A DNA stretch of 64,000 nucleotides from positions 21,204,001-21,268,000 of the forward strand of contig CM022671.1 in assembly GCA_012295275.1 (NCBI GenBank), written 5' to 3'. Below the pieces are notes generated by a model. The model did not search any database. It had not been told where the DNA came from and saw only the letters and a list, made by a program, of their open reading frames with translations. Position 1 is the first letter of the stretch. The number at the start of each line of letters is the position of its first letter. Shown here one piece after another: positions 12,950-32,678 of the stretch. This DNA is from Chrysomallon squamiferum (Eukaryota > Animalia > Mollusca). The position numbers and the translations under genes were made by a program.

Positions 12950-13919
12950 TTTTTATTTTACATCTTTAATATTTGTTTTATTATATTTAGCTCTGTAATT
13001 AAACCGAAAACAAACAGCTCATCTCTATTACGTAATTAATAGGATTATAATCTTTTCGTGTATGTATCATTCGTAAATCAAGTACATTAATAAGCAAGTA
13101 AGTAGGTAAGTAAATGAATACCCTGCAGCAAATATTCTTCAGTATTCCAGCTAACCTCCCAGCCATGCTTTCCACAATTTCACTGGACAAATAGCTGTAG
13201 TTGGTATAGAGATAAGAAAGACTGCTGAACATCGCGAAAGCATTTTGGAATCGTTTTATTTCATACAGTGGCATTCTTGTGTGAAAGAAATCCTCTATGC
13301 ACAGCATTCTGAGAGAGCTACCCGATGCGCTTCCTACAGCCTCCAACACCCGAAGGCCGAACGTCAAAGGAAACTGAGCTTCAGTCATATCAACATTCTG
13401 CAAACTCCTCTGATGGCGCAAGAACCGCGCCAAACTGGTTGCAATTTTTCCTTTCATGTTATCGAACTTCGGGAATGTGTCTAGACCGAGCCTCTCTAAT
13501 TCAAAATGAATTAGATTTGCGGTTTTCATTGCATTAAAAAATGCATAGATGTTTCTTTGAATATCTTTGCAAAGGTAGATTGATGGATGACTGCATGATA
13601 AACACAAATATTTCACATGAGCTCCGTGACTTTCGGCGAACTTGGAGGCTCTTCTGCCCGCCATATAAGGCTGGAAACCACCGAGTTCAAAGTATCTGGT
13701 CCTCCACAGGCAAGGACTTTGGAAGACTCTATGCCAGTTTTTGCAGGCTGTTGCCATATTGATCCTCCACTGGTCAGGCAGTAAGAAATAAATTTGTATG
13801 AGAACAGTGTCGGGCAGCAGATTCCATGTCACTTTGTGCGTAATGCTTTTGAATCTGTAATTAATTAATGCAAATGGTTCAAAAAACCAATTTTTTTCCG
13901 ACACGTTATTCCAAGCCAT
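10856..13919 (-). CDS. F-box/LRR protein, FBXO39-like, paralog C (intact, ~452 aa)
   Basis: Exons 13919-13122, 12753-12507, 11925-11764, 11007-10856 (798/247/162/152 nt), open through all GT-AG junctions. F-box WNLLPDTVLIQIYFLL..CKNWHRVFQSPCLWR. Confidence 0.9.
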
Positions 13920-13921
13920 TT

Positions 13922-13988
13922 TTACGTAATCTAATAATTCCGTTACGTCATTGAGTGATTGCTAAGACGTAAATTAACAGCATTTTAC

Positions 13989-13992
<4 letters not shown>
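13922..13992. promoter_or_regulatory. bZIP site cluster (TTACGTAA, TTACGTCA, TTACGTAA) upstream of F-box paralog C
   Basis: Sites at 13922-13929, 13943-13950 and 13985-13992, immediately 5' of ATG 13919. Confidence 0.4.
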
Positions 13993-14021
<29 letters not shown>

Positions 14022-14343
14022 TGTATGTACGTACGAACAAAAAACCATGTATACATATATACATACATACATACACCCATGCATACATGCAGTTTAGAAC
14101 TATTTAACGACAGTTTTTCATTCTTATTTTTATTAGGTATTCACTACGTGTACGTGTGCCTGTCTGCGTGTATGTGTGTCTGTGTACCAATGTATACATC
14201 GCAATGCATTAAGCCACAAATTCTGGGGAATCGTCAATGTAAACATTAACCCTAAACACTACTGAAACATTAAACTTTAGTACACATAACAGCTATATAA
14301 TACAATATAGTAATATAATAATGTAAGAACAAGATACATAAAA

Positions 14344-14383
<40 letters not shown>

Positions 14384-15023
14384 CTAAACAAATGCAAAGA
14401 AAAATGTACAGCAGAAAAAAATTATGCTAGGGTGGGTGATGTATTTTAGGTTAGGATGGTTACGGGTGCAGTTGTAAAATGTACTTTTATCAAGTGGGTT
14501 GAGAGATGTTTGTCGTGATCGTATAGTGCGACTCAGAATAATTTTATAGTACCTAGGGGTAAACATTCAAATAGGAAATGTTGGTAAGTTCAAATTTGTG
14601 ATTTTTAAAAAAACAATTCTTGTTTTGGTCCGTAAATTGACGGCCAACAGTAATCAGAAATCAATCCACGAAAACACATTTCTTTTAAAAACAGTTACTT
14701 TTATTTACAACATAATATAAAATGAAAATTTTTGCGGAATCGATCTCAAGACTGACGTTATACTTTTACATTATACATTTAAAATCATACTTTTTCACCC
14801 GCATTTTGGAAGTGTGCAAGAAGTATTTTTAATGTAGAATGCTCAGTATAGTATTGCTCTTTATTTTGTATCCAACAACTCTAACGTATGCAGATCATTC
14901 ATTTTAACAAAGTAAAAACATATATATATTTATATATATGTTGCACATGCTGATTTACTAATTGTTTATTAATTTTATTTAATTGATATGTTTATTAAAA
15001 AACCCTCATAACAACGCATTCGA

Positions 15024-15255
15024 TTATAATGACTCTACATAATAGTCAGAGGCAATTCTGAAATTCAAATCCTTATCTTGCAACAGCGTACGATGTTTAT
15101 CTTTAATGAACATTAATTCGGCACATTCTATTTCCGTTAGGCCGCACGTCGTAACGTGGAATGTGTGTAAATCTGAAAGCAAAAACGTAGGATTTACTGT
15201 TGTATTGCTAAGTAAGTCGTAAACTGGTCTTAATTGTACTAGAATCTAAAATGAA

Positions 15256-15294
<39 letters not shown>

Positions 15295-15898
15295 CGTTCT
15301 TGTCTATTTGTTTTACACCTTTTCGGATTGTTTTGTTTTAGTTTAGTTTGTTATTATTTGGCTCAGTACATTTCAAATTCATTTTATCTCATTTTATTTC
15401 ATTTTTCATTTTGAATATTTTAAACATAATTACTGTTGACTGCTTGGTTTTATTTAATGTGTTATCTCCAGCATTTTCAATTGTTTTAAAAACAACAACA
15501 CTATTTGTTAACTTCCGTTTACCTTAGTTTGGTTTTATTTATTTATTTACTTATTTATTTATTTTTACTTTTATTTTTATTATCTTTTTTTTCCCCCTTT
15601 CTTTCTTCATTTTTTTAAATTTTTAAAATATTTTTATTTTATTTTTTATTTTATTTTGTTGTTGTTGTTGTTTTTCTCTGTGAAGACTTCACCTACTTAT
15701 TTTCCGCTCCGTTTGCAACATGCATATTTCGTCTATAGCGGAAACAGACAGGACGGCATTCACATACAGTTCTCGTAGACCTTTACATTGGACTACCATG
15801 GCAACGAGGTTGTCATCGATTGATTCGTGATTATTGTCCATTTCCATCGAAATTAAATCTTGAAACGAAAAAGTTTTCTTTTCAGTATGTGTATTTGT

Positions 15899-15955
<57 letters not shown>

Positions 15956-16051
15956 ACATACATATATACTTACACTGGTTGAGAGAAATAAATTAAGTGA
16001 CATGCAGCATCATTTTAATTATAATTTCATTTCGACTGAAATGTTGTTAAT

Positions 16052-16122
<71 letters not shown>

Positions 16123-17418
16123 AAAAAGAAGAAGTATAATTAACAAAATAGCATTACTCATTTGTCTATGATAATTTGCAATATGGTCAATCGTTTCACA
16201 AAGTTGCCAATCAGCGCTGTCGTCGAACCCGGTCCACAAGTGCAGTTCACGAACTGGAGCTTCGGGCACGAGAATACGGTTAATGTCCGACGACGTGCCG
16301 ATACTCTCGAACCAAAGGTCGGCGGTTAATGAAGGGCAAACCGATTTTAAACTTTTCCATGATAATGATGAAATTCTATGAAAATGAGGATCAGTTCTGT
16401 ACACCTAAATAAAGAAAGTATAAAATAATAATTTAAACAATTATTTTTAAAGAAGAAAGTCTTATAAAACTGTCGTTTTGACAGATGGAAATTTGTTGAC
16501 AAATGCTTGATTGTAAATATTACAAAAGGTACTGATTAAATATATTATTAACTATAACTTATCTGAAAGATACGAAACCATACGTACTGTGCAACTAATA
16601 TTCTTCAATTTTCCTGCAAGATTTTTTGCCATACTTTCAAATATATCATCAGACAAGCAATTGTAATTTATAGAGATGTACGAAAGATTGGTGAATTTGG
16701 CGAAAGCATTCCTGAATCTTTTCATCTGATACACAATCAACCTGGAATGAAAGAAGTCTTCAATATCGAGATCTTTAATAGTGCTACCAGAGGCACTGCC
16801 AACAGCTTCCAAAATCTTACATCCGCTCGTCAACGAAAAATGGGCATCACCCATATCAAAGTTGACGATATTTCTTTGGGACATAAAAAATCGTGCGAAA
16901 CTTGCAACAATTTTGTCCTTGAGATTTTCGAACTTCCAGAATCGGTCGAGGTTCAGTCTAACTAGCTCAAAATGTTTTAACCTAGCGTTTTGAATTTTAT
17001 ACAGGAAATTATCAATGGTCATTTGGATGATTTTACAGGAGTGACTCGACGGATGGGTACATGACAGAAAGAGATACTGCAAGTGAGCACCATGCATTTC
17101 CGCGAACTTGCACGCTCTTTCTCCCGCCGATATTGCCCTGTAGCCACCGAGTTCTATATACCGTGTCCTCCACAAACACGGAAACGAAAACACTTTGTTC
17201 CAGTTCTTGCAAGTCAAGGACAGGTTCAGTTTATCCTGGTCTTGCAGACACAGATAAATCTGAACTAGTGCCGTATCAGGCAGACAACTCCACACTCCTT
17301 CCATTTGGTCCGAGTATATGTTCCTAGTTGCAAAGGCAGCTGCTTTTAATTTTAACCACCTTAAACCCAAGAGCATGTGGTGTTCTAAAGATGCGTATTT
17401 ACATCTTGCTGCTCGCAT
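15024..17418 (-). CDS. F-box/LRR protein, FBXO39-like, paralog D (intact; true start may be ATG 17376 or 17304)
   Basis: Exons 17418-16588, 16404-16158, 15858-15697, 15172-15024, open frame throughout. F-box WSCLPDTALVQIYLCL..TCKNWNKVFSFPCLWR; C-terminal FHVTTCGL motif as in paralogs A and C (LHITTCGL in B). Confidence 0.9.
15898..15951. repeat. (GT)n microsatellite
   Basis: Read directly; in intron 2 of paralog D. Confidence 0.95.
16056..16121. repeat. (AG)n microsatellite
   Basis: Read directly; in intron 2 of paralog D. Confidence 0.95.
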
Positions 17419-17425
17419 GACGTCA
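17418..17425. promoter_or_regulatory. Palindromic CRE (TGACGTCA) upstream of F-box paralog D
   Basis: Perfect consensus overlapping the first ATG of the long ORF, ~126 bp upstream of the F-box Trp codon. Confidence 0.5.
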
Positions 17426-17516
17426 CTGGATTGTTATGACGAATTACAACTATCTGCAACTAAACGTAATAATCAAAGATTCTTCTATTTTCCAGAAATA
17501 TATATGGAAGTACAAA

Positions 17517-17572
<56 letters not shown>

Positions 17573-20233
17573 TTTATTTTCAAATCAAAGGTAATAATTT
17601 TTTTTTTATACGATTTTAATTAATTCAATCGCCTGAATACATCCAATACTTTGTAAAACACACTGGTTAAATGTTGTTTTGCTATGGATTTGTTTTATTT
17701 TCTCTGTCATAATAATAAATTAATTTAAGTAATAATAATAATGTTTAAACAAATCCGTACTTTAACGTAAAGTGCTTTTTATATATAAAAAAGATCTTTG
17801 AGGTTATTTGTTAAATGAAATGGCGAATGCGTTTCTTCTGTTACATACATACATATACATATATATATTATGCTAATAACTTCAATTTTTGTAAAAAAAA
17901 AAAAATTTTTTTTTTTTTTTAATGTGCAGGAATTGGATTAAACATCAATTCATTCACATTTAAATTTCATTAGTTGTTCTTACCTATTTCATGAGAAACC
18001 TGCATTTCTTTCACAAATAGTAAACACAACAGGATTTCATATTTAAATCTTTATTTCTTTTGATCGATTTGTAACATTCAAGATTTTGTGAAACCTCACC
18101 ACAAATATTAACAAACAAGAGGAAATTTGATTGCAATCTGCAAATCTCACAGATGAGTTGTTTTCTTGTACATGTTTATTTTGTGTGTGTTTGTACATTT
18201 CCGACCATATAAACTTTTATCTGAACATTTTTATATACACGTATTTCTAATTATTATCATAATCATGATTATTGTTATTATTACTAATTTTTTTTTTTTA
18301 AATATAATTTTAGAGTGAATTCATGCTTATACCTATCTGTTCCATGTATCAATGGATGGATGGAATTAATTATGTTGGAAAGTGAGAGAAAGAAAAAGGC
18401 AGACTAAATGAGAGAAAGACACACACATTTCTAGGAGAAACATTTAATAATTCAGAATATAAGACAATTAGAGAGAGAGAGAGAGAGAGATGAGATATGC
18501 AGACCCATTGGTGGGGACTGACATAATGAAAATGTAAGAGAGTGGATGGATAAAATAGTCTAATTATGGACGGGATGATAAAAACAGCTGAATTATGGAG
18601 CCAAACAATTAAATTTTGCAAAAAAAATAAAAACAAATTAAAAAAAACAACAACAGAAAATTAGATAGTGGTTTGGAACTAAGAATGAAATAAATAGACT
18701 AGCATTTATTCCGATACATTCCATAACACTGATATATTAAACAAATTTGTCACTTAAAAAATAAAGGATTAAGGACAAAAATATCAACAATTAATATTCA
18801 TTGTTTCAAATGACAGTAAAAAATAGACATTTCATTGACATTTTATTGAAGTTGTATCTAATTACACATAAAATATTTGCTATAAAATAGCACTTTATTA
18901 AAGCAATATACTTTTCATTCTCAATAACAAAACAATTCTATGTAAAATAAGTATTTTGGATAGCAAAACAAATAATAAATTAAAACTAAATAGTAAATAA
19001 AACAACAAAACCCAAAACAATCTATCACACACACACACACACACACACACACAATATATATACAATGAGGTGCAATTTAACCTGGCATCTGTCTTTGTTT
19101 TTTCTTCAAATTATATTCAGAATATTTATTATTACAAGTATTTAATACTGAAAATAATAATTTAAACCCTTATTAACGTGAATTTAAACATGTGGTATTC
19201 AGTAATAAGAAAGCAATGTGGATATGCAAATGATAAGATTTCTTTTAACAGATTCACTATTCTAATTCATTAACATATCAATAAAATTTCCTCTTTTAAT
19301 TAAAACAGTCCTCAACCGAAGATATAATCTAGAGATATATATATAAATATGTATGTTTTTGTAAAGAATAAATATTAAATTAATTCAAGTTATGTATTAT
19401 ATGGTTTCTCTGACAATGAGAATAATAATAATAATATTTTTAAAAAATGAAACATTTAGACATAAGATATAAAATAATTAAATGGGTTATAAATAAGTAG
19501 GTAATGGCAAAACATAACAAACAAAAACAATGTAAAAAAGCTGACAATAAATAAATAAAAATGGAAAATATAGGTTAATGAAGATGAAACATGATATATT
19601 TATGATTTGTAAATTATTGAAAATGATCATTTCTCCAAAAGAATAAAATTTCAAATAAAATACCCCAAACAGACCTTTATCCTTTCAGTAAATCTTTTAA
19701 AAAATAAAACAAATCTTCGACCAGGGTTGGCAACACTTTTTTTTTAACATCTGCCATGGTAAGTGGAGATCTGATTATGAAACTACAGTAAATTTTAAAT
19801 TATTCATGTTTTGGCTGTAACAATATACAGCTTTTTATTTCATTATCTGACTGACTGACTGATTGACTGAAGCAACTAATTTTTCTTTTTTTTCTGGTCA
19901 TAATTTATTAGTTTATGAATAAATAGAACATTTTTTTTCATTCATTGCACTTCTGACAGCATTTAAAAAAAAAAAAAAAATCATTAAAAGAATAATAATA
20001 ATTACCCCCCCCTGTAAAATCAAGAATAAATAAATAAATAAATGCCCACTAAGAATTCACAATTGCTGATTTAAAAGATTCCAGTTTAGATAAAATTCAT
20101 TGCATCTTAATTAAGAGAATGGAAGCATTTTTTTTCCACATAAGACGGCTTATTTGATTTTCAGCCAATCAAATTCACTGTCTCCAACTCCTCTAGATCA
20201 CAGTTATTTAAACTCTATGGCACAAATTGGTAT

Positions 20234-27002
<6,769 letters not shown>

Positions 27003-28260
27003 TTTGCTGTTTACTTATTTTCACTCTTGCTTTCCTCGATTATACAACCCAGGTCTTTTCCGACTTATTATCGAGACAACATTAAGACATTTTTCGAGTA
27101 GCCTCCGTTTATCAGTTCGAGTGATCAAATCGAGATGACAGAATTACTACGTACGTCTATCTGTCTGTTAGCCCTTTTTACCATTGTAGTTATTGATCCA
27201 GACTTACCGTAAGAGGTAATTTTATTTTATCGCCGCCTACATGTTGGTGATAAATTGTAATTCCATATTATTTTTATTTTTGTATTTTTTAAATTATAAA
27301 TTGTTTCTAATAATTGTGTGTGTGTCTTGTATTAATAAATACCTAAATAAATTATTTTGTTCGTTGTTATTGTTGTCGTTGTTGATGATGATGTTGCAGT
27401 TTTTAAATGCTATTAATTGTACTTTTTTATATTATTATTATTATTTAAGATGAATTTAATGAAATGGAACTACAATTTTTAACTGAATTATATGTTTCTG
27501 TTGTTGCTTCATACAGTTTCAAAGCTATCGTTAAAACAATAAACGACTCAGACTTATGAAAGCCATTGTCTACGGGGATATCGACTGTCATTTGTAAGCC
27601 ATTATTTAAAGTTCTTAAGACTCAGAAATGGCTAAAAGTATGGAGTTGTTGCCGTTTGTATCCCAAGAGGGCTTCTAATCAAAGATGCCGCAAGTGCTTT
27701 CACGAAACATAAAACAAAATTAAGAAAACATTAGTGAATGTTGGTACATCTCAAATGGCTTTTGAGCCTTCGGTTAGTTAAATAATGTATAGAAACAGAC
27801 AGCTAAGTATCACGTGACAGCAAAATGTAAGGTTTAACAATAACAATATATTCATACACAAATTATTTTTCTTCGTTAATTTTCCCATTAAAATTTAAAT
27901 AAATTTATGAATGAGTTTAGTTTTCAGGGAAGTTAGTTAGTAGTAGAATTTTGTGAGGGTACTTTGTTTTAAGCAGCATAATGTCCTCAAGCTAACGATT
28001 AATAGAGCTCGTGGTTGTAACAGTAGTATTAGTTCCAGTAGTAATAACAAACATTAATAGTGATAGCAGTAGTTGTTATAGCTGTAGAAATGGTGTAGAA
28101 TTAACAGAATGGCCAGAAAAAAAATAAAATAAAAGGCAGTCTCCGGACATTATATCTGCCTAAAACTTGCCTTATTAATATTTATCATATAAAATTGTCT
28201 TTGAGTGTTATTTTATTTATTTGTTTGATTGTTGTTTTGTTTGTTTGTTTGTTTTTTTTA

Positions 28261-28303
<43 letters not shown>

Positions 28304-28598
28304 ATATTTTTTATTTTTTATTATTCGTATTTTATTTTTTTTTATTATTATTTTTCGAAACCATTTCAACAACATTTGAAGAGTACCAACAATGCATTAT
28401 CAAGGGATTCCTATTTTACAAACGTCATGAATTCCTTTTATTTCTACCCACTCGAGTGATAAAATGAAAGAGCATTTAAAATCTGCACAACACTGAAAGT
28501 AAATATCCGCTACTTCGCTTCGCTAATATTCCCATGACGTTTAAGATTGACACACAAACAGTTTAAAAACCACATCACACTCTACAGCTGATGTAAAT

Positions 28599-28601
<3 letters not shown>

Positions 28602-28682
<81 letters not shown>
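28602..28682. repeat. (AG)n microsatellite
   Basis: Read directly. Confidence 0.95.
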
Positions 28683-28685
<3 letters not shown>

Positions 28686-29303
28686 CGAACAATTGCCTCC
28701 AGCACCAAACAATAATGAAATAAAAACGTATGTGTGTACACGAGTTTTTTGCTGGTTAAACAGAGTGAAATTATTTATTAGAAAAGACATAATATTGTAT
28801 ATAATTATTTTATATTTCAACAGGCTAAAATTATTAACATACCCTAACGAACGCACGCTCTTACACATGTACACGTAAACACCTATACCCCCTGTAAACG
28901 GTTACTGAAAAATGCTTTCTTGTACCTGATGACAACAAAACGTCAAATATCGTTCGGCGAAATAATGCTCACTAATGAAAGGTTCTCAGTAATACATTAG
29001 TTGCCAGCTGTCGTATATTAATCTTCTGCATTTCCCACTGGGAGTGACAATGCAAGTCGTCTTTAAATTTGATTAAACATCAGAATAAATCATCAAGCTT
29101 ATCCAAATGCTGTTTTTGAGGAGGGTGGATGGAATGAACACCCTGCAGTCCCCCTTATGAAATATACTAACCAACGTCATTTTTGTTGTTGTTATTGTTG
29201 TTGTTTTTTTCTTCTATTTTTCTTCGCATAGACATTCATTTCATCTCATTGTAAAAATAATGATAATGGTGTTTTTTTTTCCGCTCCTGTTTTCAACATC
29301 TTG

Positions 29304-29338
<35 letters not shown>

Positions 29339-29517
29339 AAAATCAAGAAAAAACCTTCACAATGGCAACCGACAAGTTATTAGCTTCATTCAGAGTGCCA
29401 CAATGAAACAGATATGCCTGACAATACATACGACCTTTAGTTCTCAAGACATCCTGTCTTCATCTTGTTTCAGAGTTCGAAAGGTATTTCCAATTAAGAT
29501 ACATATAAAACACTATG

Positions 29518-29571
<54 letters not shown>

Positions 29572-30242
29572 TGTGTTATACTATTATTGTTATTGTTGTT
29601 AACATTATCTTTAATATTATTATTATTACTACTACAACTACTTCAGGTGTTGTTGTTGTTGTAGATGTTGTTACTGTTAATTTTTCAAAATAAGATACAT
29701 TTCTGAGAAAAGATTTATTCATATATCTCTGTCTACCAATATGTTGGTATGGCAGCACATATATATATATATTCATATATCGATTGTTCTTTTACTTATT
29801 TATTATTTATTTACCAGCCAAGGTAAAAATATTGAAAAGATATAAATGTATATCGTATATCAGAGGTGTTAACATTAAGCAGAATCCGACACAGAAAGTC
29901 AACATCAACTGAATATTCCGTTTAACTAAAGGATTACTGACTACGAAAATTCGTCCAGGTGATGAGCCTTAAATATTTCTTCATTATAAACAAAAATAAT
30001 GATGTAAATTCAGTGAAATGTGCTCCGAGAGCTGAAATTACGTATTCGATTAAAGTGTCAATGAAAATAAGATAGTAATATATTATATTCTGTATATCAT
30101 TTGTACTTATTTGTGTCAAGTCCAATACTGACGGTCACAGGCAGAAAACCAGTATTGATCTGGTCATTCTCCAAGGTATGTAGACATTTCTGTAGCTTTG
30201 TGTATTGAAATATTATTTTTTCTTCTTTAACGTTTTTTTTTA

Positions 30243-30299
<57 letters not shown>

Positions 30300-30330
30300 T
30301 ACTACTACTACTGCTATTGCTACTACTACT
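30243..30330. repeat. (TAC)n microsatellite
   Basis: Read directly. Confidence 0.9.
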
Positions 30331-30744
30331 ATTATTATTTTAGATTTTCCTTTTCGTTCATTCTTTTTTTTGTTGTTTCTTCTTTCTCGAATTGTCTTTG
30401 TAATTTAGAACAGTTAAAACATTTTATTCTTTCACATTTGAAAATATTAATAATAAATTGCTTTAGTTCTTTCTTTATTTCACCACCACAAAAAGACGTC
30501 GCTGTAGTTTAATGCTTTGACCCGAGCATTATTTTATTCTTATATATTTTTAAAATGTATTTTCGTTCTTTCTCTCTCTCTCTCCCTTTTCCTGGGTTCT
30601 CTGATGAAAGTACGTTTTTATCGTTGTTGCGTTGAGTAATGTCCTGTTAAATATGTTAGTCATATATTTTTTATTCATGCATCATTCATCTAGATAAGCA
30701 GTCATATTTATAGCCTAAAATAATAATTAGCGATGTATACGTGA

Positions 30745-30746
<2 letters not shown>

Positions 30747-30806
<60 letters not shown>
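30747..30806. repeat. (TG)n microsatellite
   Basis: Read directly. Confidence 0.95.
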
Positions 30807-30807
<1 letters not shown>

Positions 30808-31670
30808 TGTGAGTGCTTCTCTGATTATTTATTTTCGTTTTTTCATTTACCAAGATATACAGTCATGTTAATAGTTTAGAGACGTAACATGAAATACTTT
30901 ATCATCATCTTCATCATCACCATTATTATTAAAAATTGTTTATTATTAACATCTTCACCATTTCGTTTCCTGTTTCTTTGTCTTCTTCTCTTTTAATAAA
31001 ATAATAAATACAAGGAGGCGCTAATTCCTTAAACCTCTTAATTCCTTCTTTTCTTGTACTTATTCTTCTTAAATACGCACAACACAAACATACAAACACA
31101 CGAACACCAAAATTAGTTATAGATTTACTCAATAATGTAATTATCTTCCTTATTTTTGCCAAAAAGAATTAATGATTCATCGAAAGCAAGTGAATTAATG
31201 TATTAATGGACTGAAAAACGTAAAGCAAACCGAAATTAAAAATAACCAAAAAAACATCAAGTTAATTAAGTTTTAATTTACTTGTTATCAATAATCCAAT
31301 ACATAATTACATCAAAGGTAATATCTACATTATTTAGTATGCGGGGTGTATAACATTTATTAATCTTGAAACGCTGTAGAGATATATATGGCAATGCCAT
31401 GGATTCGATGAATAATAATTTTTAAAATTCTGAAACGGAAAACAAGTTCGTATTTCCCTTTTCTCTTCTTTAATTATTAATATGCTATTTTTGTATCAAG
31501 AAAAAGAAAAAGAACATATTAACACAAAAGAAACAAAAAATAATCTGTTTCTTTGATTGTCTGTAAAATTATTTATTCTTTCTTTCATAAATTTTATTAT
31601 AACAGGGAAAAGTTTAGGTTCTTTTCAAAGGACTGAAATTTGGATTCAACAGCTAGTGATTCTTCTAAAA

Positions 31671-32678
31671 ATGGCTGTCGTGTTTACAAACTCCAGCGTG
31701 ACGCACACGTATCACAGTTTGGCTATCGGCGTCACCATTTCCATTTTTTCACTGGTTGGAACAATAGGAAATAGTCTCATACTTTACGTGTTTGGATTTC
31801 GATTTCCTAAATCACCGTTCAACGTCCTTGTGACTGTTCTAGCAGTGTTTGACCTCTTGATCTCCGTTTTATTCATGCCGATAGATGTCTTGTTTCTGCT
31901 GCACGACGATTTGTTACAGTATCGTTTAGAGCTTTGCCAGTTCGGTTTCGTAATGATGGATCTGTCCATGGTGGCTACAAGTTTCTTGCTCTGTGATGTA
32001 GCCTACACTCGATATCGAATGATCTGCTACCCTTTGACGAAACAAGTCACTATGCACCATGTGAATGTAACCATTGCAGCTGCAACAATCAGTGCAATAT
32101 TAGTGAGTATTATCTCGTTTTTCGCCACGTTGGTGATTGATATTCCTATAGGGAAAAGTCTTGTTATCCTCGACTGCGGCATTGGTTACAACAAATACGG
32201 CAATGTTTACATCGGCTATTATATCATAATGTTGACGTTGATCAGCTCTGTTGTGGCTTTGATGTCTGTTTTCTACATCAAAACTGCCAAATCTTTGATT
32301 CATCGAAGGAGAGTGACAGCAGGACCGAATCATATGCACTCCAAAAACATGACTGAAATTCTAGGTATAAACAACCGTGAAGATTCCGGAACAAATTTAA
32401 TATTGGAAGCAAGGCGCCGGAAGGAAGCGTTGCGCAGGTCAAGGACGATCAGTTCAGTCATGATGATGTTCTCAGTGACTTTTTGTTTCGCCGTGTCTTA
32501 TTTGCCTTATTTTGCAATGTTATCCATTTGTTTTGTCTTTCACACCTCGCTCTGTGTCAGTTTGGCAGGGTACTCTGCCTTTTTTCGGTCAGTTTATATC
32601 AGCAATGTGGCCAACTGTATCATCTACGCATGTTTCTCGAGCGAATTTCGAGGCGAAATAAAACTGTTGTTGCGGTAG
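31671..32678 (+). CDS. Rhodopsin-like (class A) GPCR, peptide-receptor-like orphan, single coding exon (~335 aa)
   Basis: Seven hydrophobic segments; TM1 GTIGNSL, TM2 LAVFDLLISVLFMP, TM3 end AYTRYRMICYPL, TM6 CFAVSYLPY, TM7 SNVANCIIY, helix 8 SSEFRGEI; N-terminal NSS sequon. A splice acceptor ending at 31605 suggests ATG 31671 rather than the TTG at 31557. Confidence 0.9.
   Translation: MAVVFTNSSVTHTYHSLAIGVTISIFSLVGTIGNSLILYVFGFRFPKSPFNVLVTVLAVFDLLISVLFMPIDVLFLLHDDLLQYRLELCQFGFVMMDLSMVATSFLLCDVAYTRYRMICYPLTKQVTMHHVNVTIAAATISAILVSIISFFATLVIDIPIGKSLVILDCGIGYNKYGNVYIGYYIIMLTLISSVVALMSVFYIKTAKSLIHRRRVTAGPNHMHSKNMTEILGINNREDSGTNLILEARRRKEALRRSRTISSVMMMFSVTFCFAVSYLPYFAMLSICFVFHTSLCVSLAGYSAFFRSVYISNVANCIIYACFSSEFRGEIKLLLR

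Noticed and set aside
17377-17418. Longest-ORF start MRAARCK for paralog D
   Set aside because: This ATG overlaps the CRE; MLLGLRW at 17376 aligns with paralog A MGLGWF, so the extension is doubtful.
27201-27215. Strong minus-strand donor G|GTAAGT upstream of the RNF215-like ATG
   Set aside because: No convincing acceptor between it and ATG 27002, so a UTR intron cannot be supported.
28541-28878. Low-complexity ORFs (poly-ER, LS, CV, Y, I, T, N) here and throughout the window
   Set aside because: Translations of microsatellites that happen to lack stop codons.
31557-31670. N-terminal extension of the GPCR ORF from TTG 31557
   Set aside because: Non-ATG start running through a polypyrimidine tract and the acceptor at 31605; likely intron plus 5' UTR.
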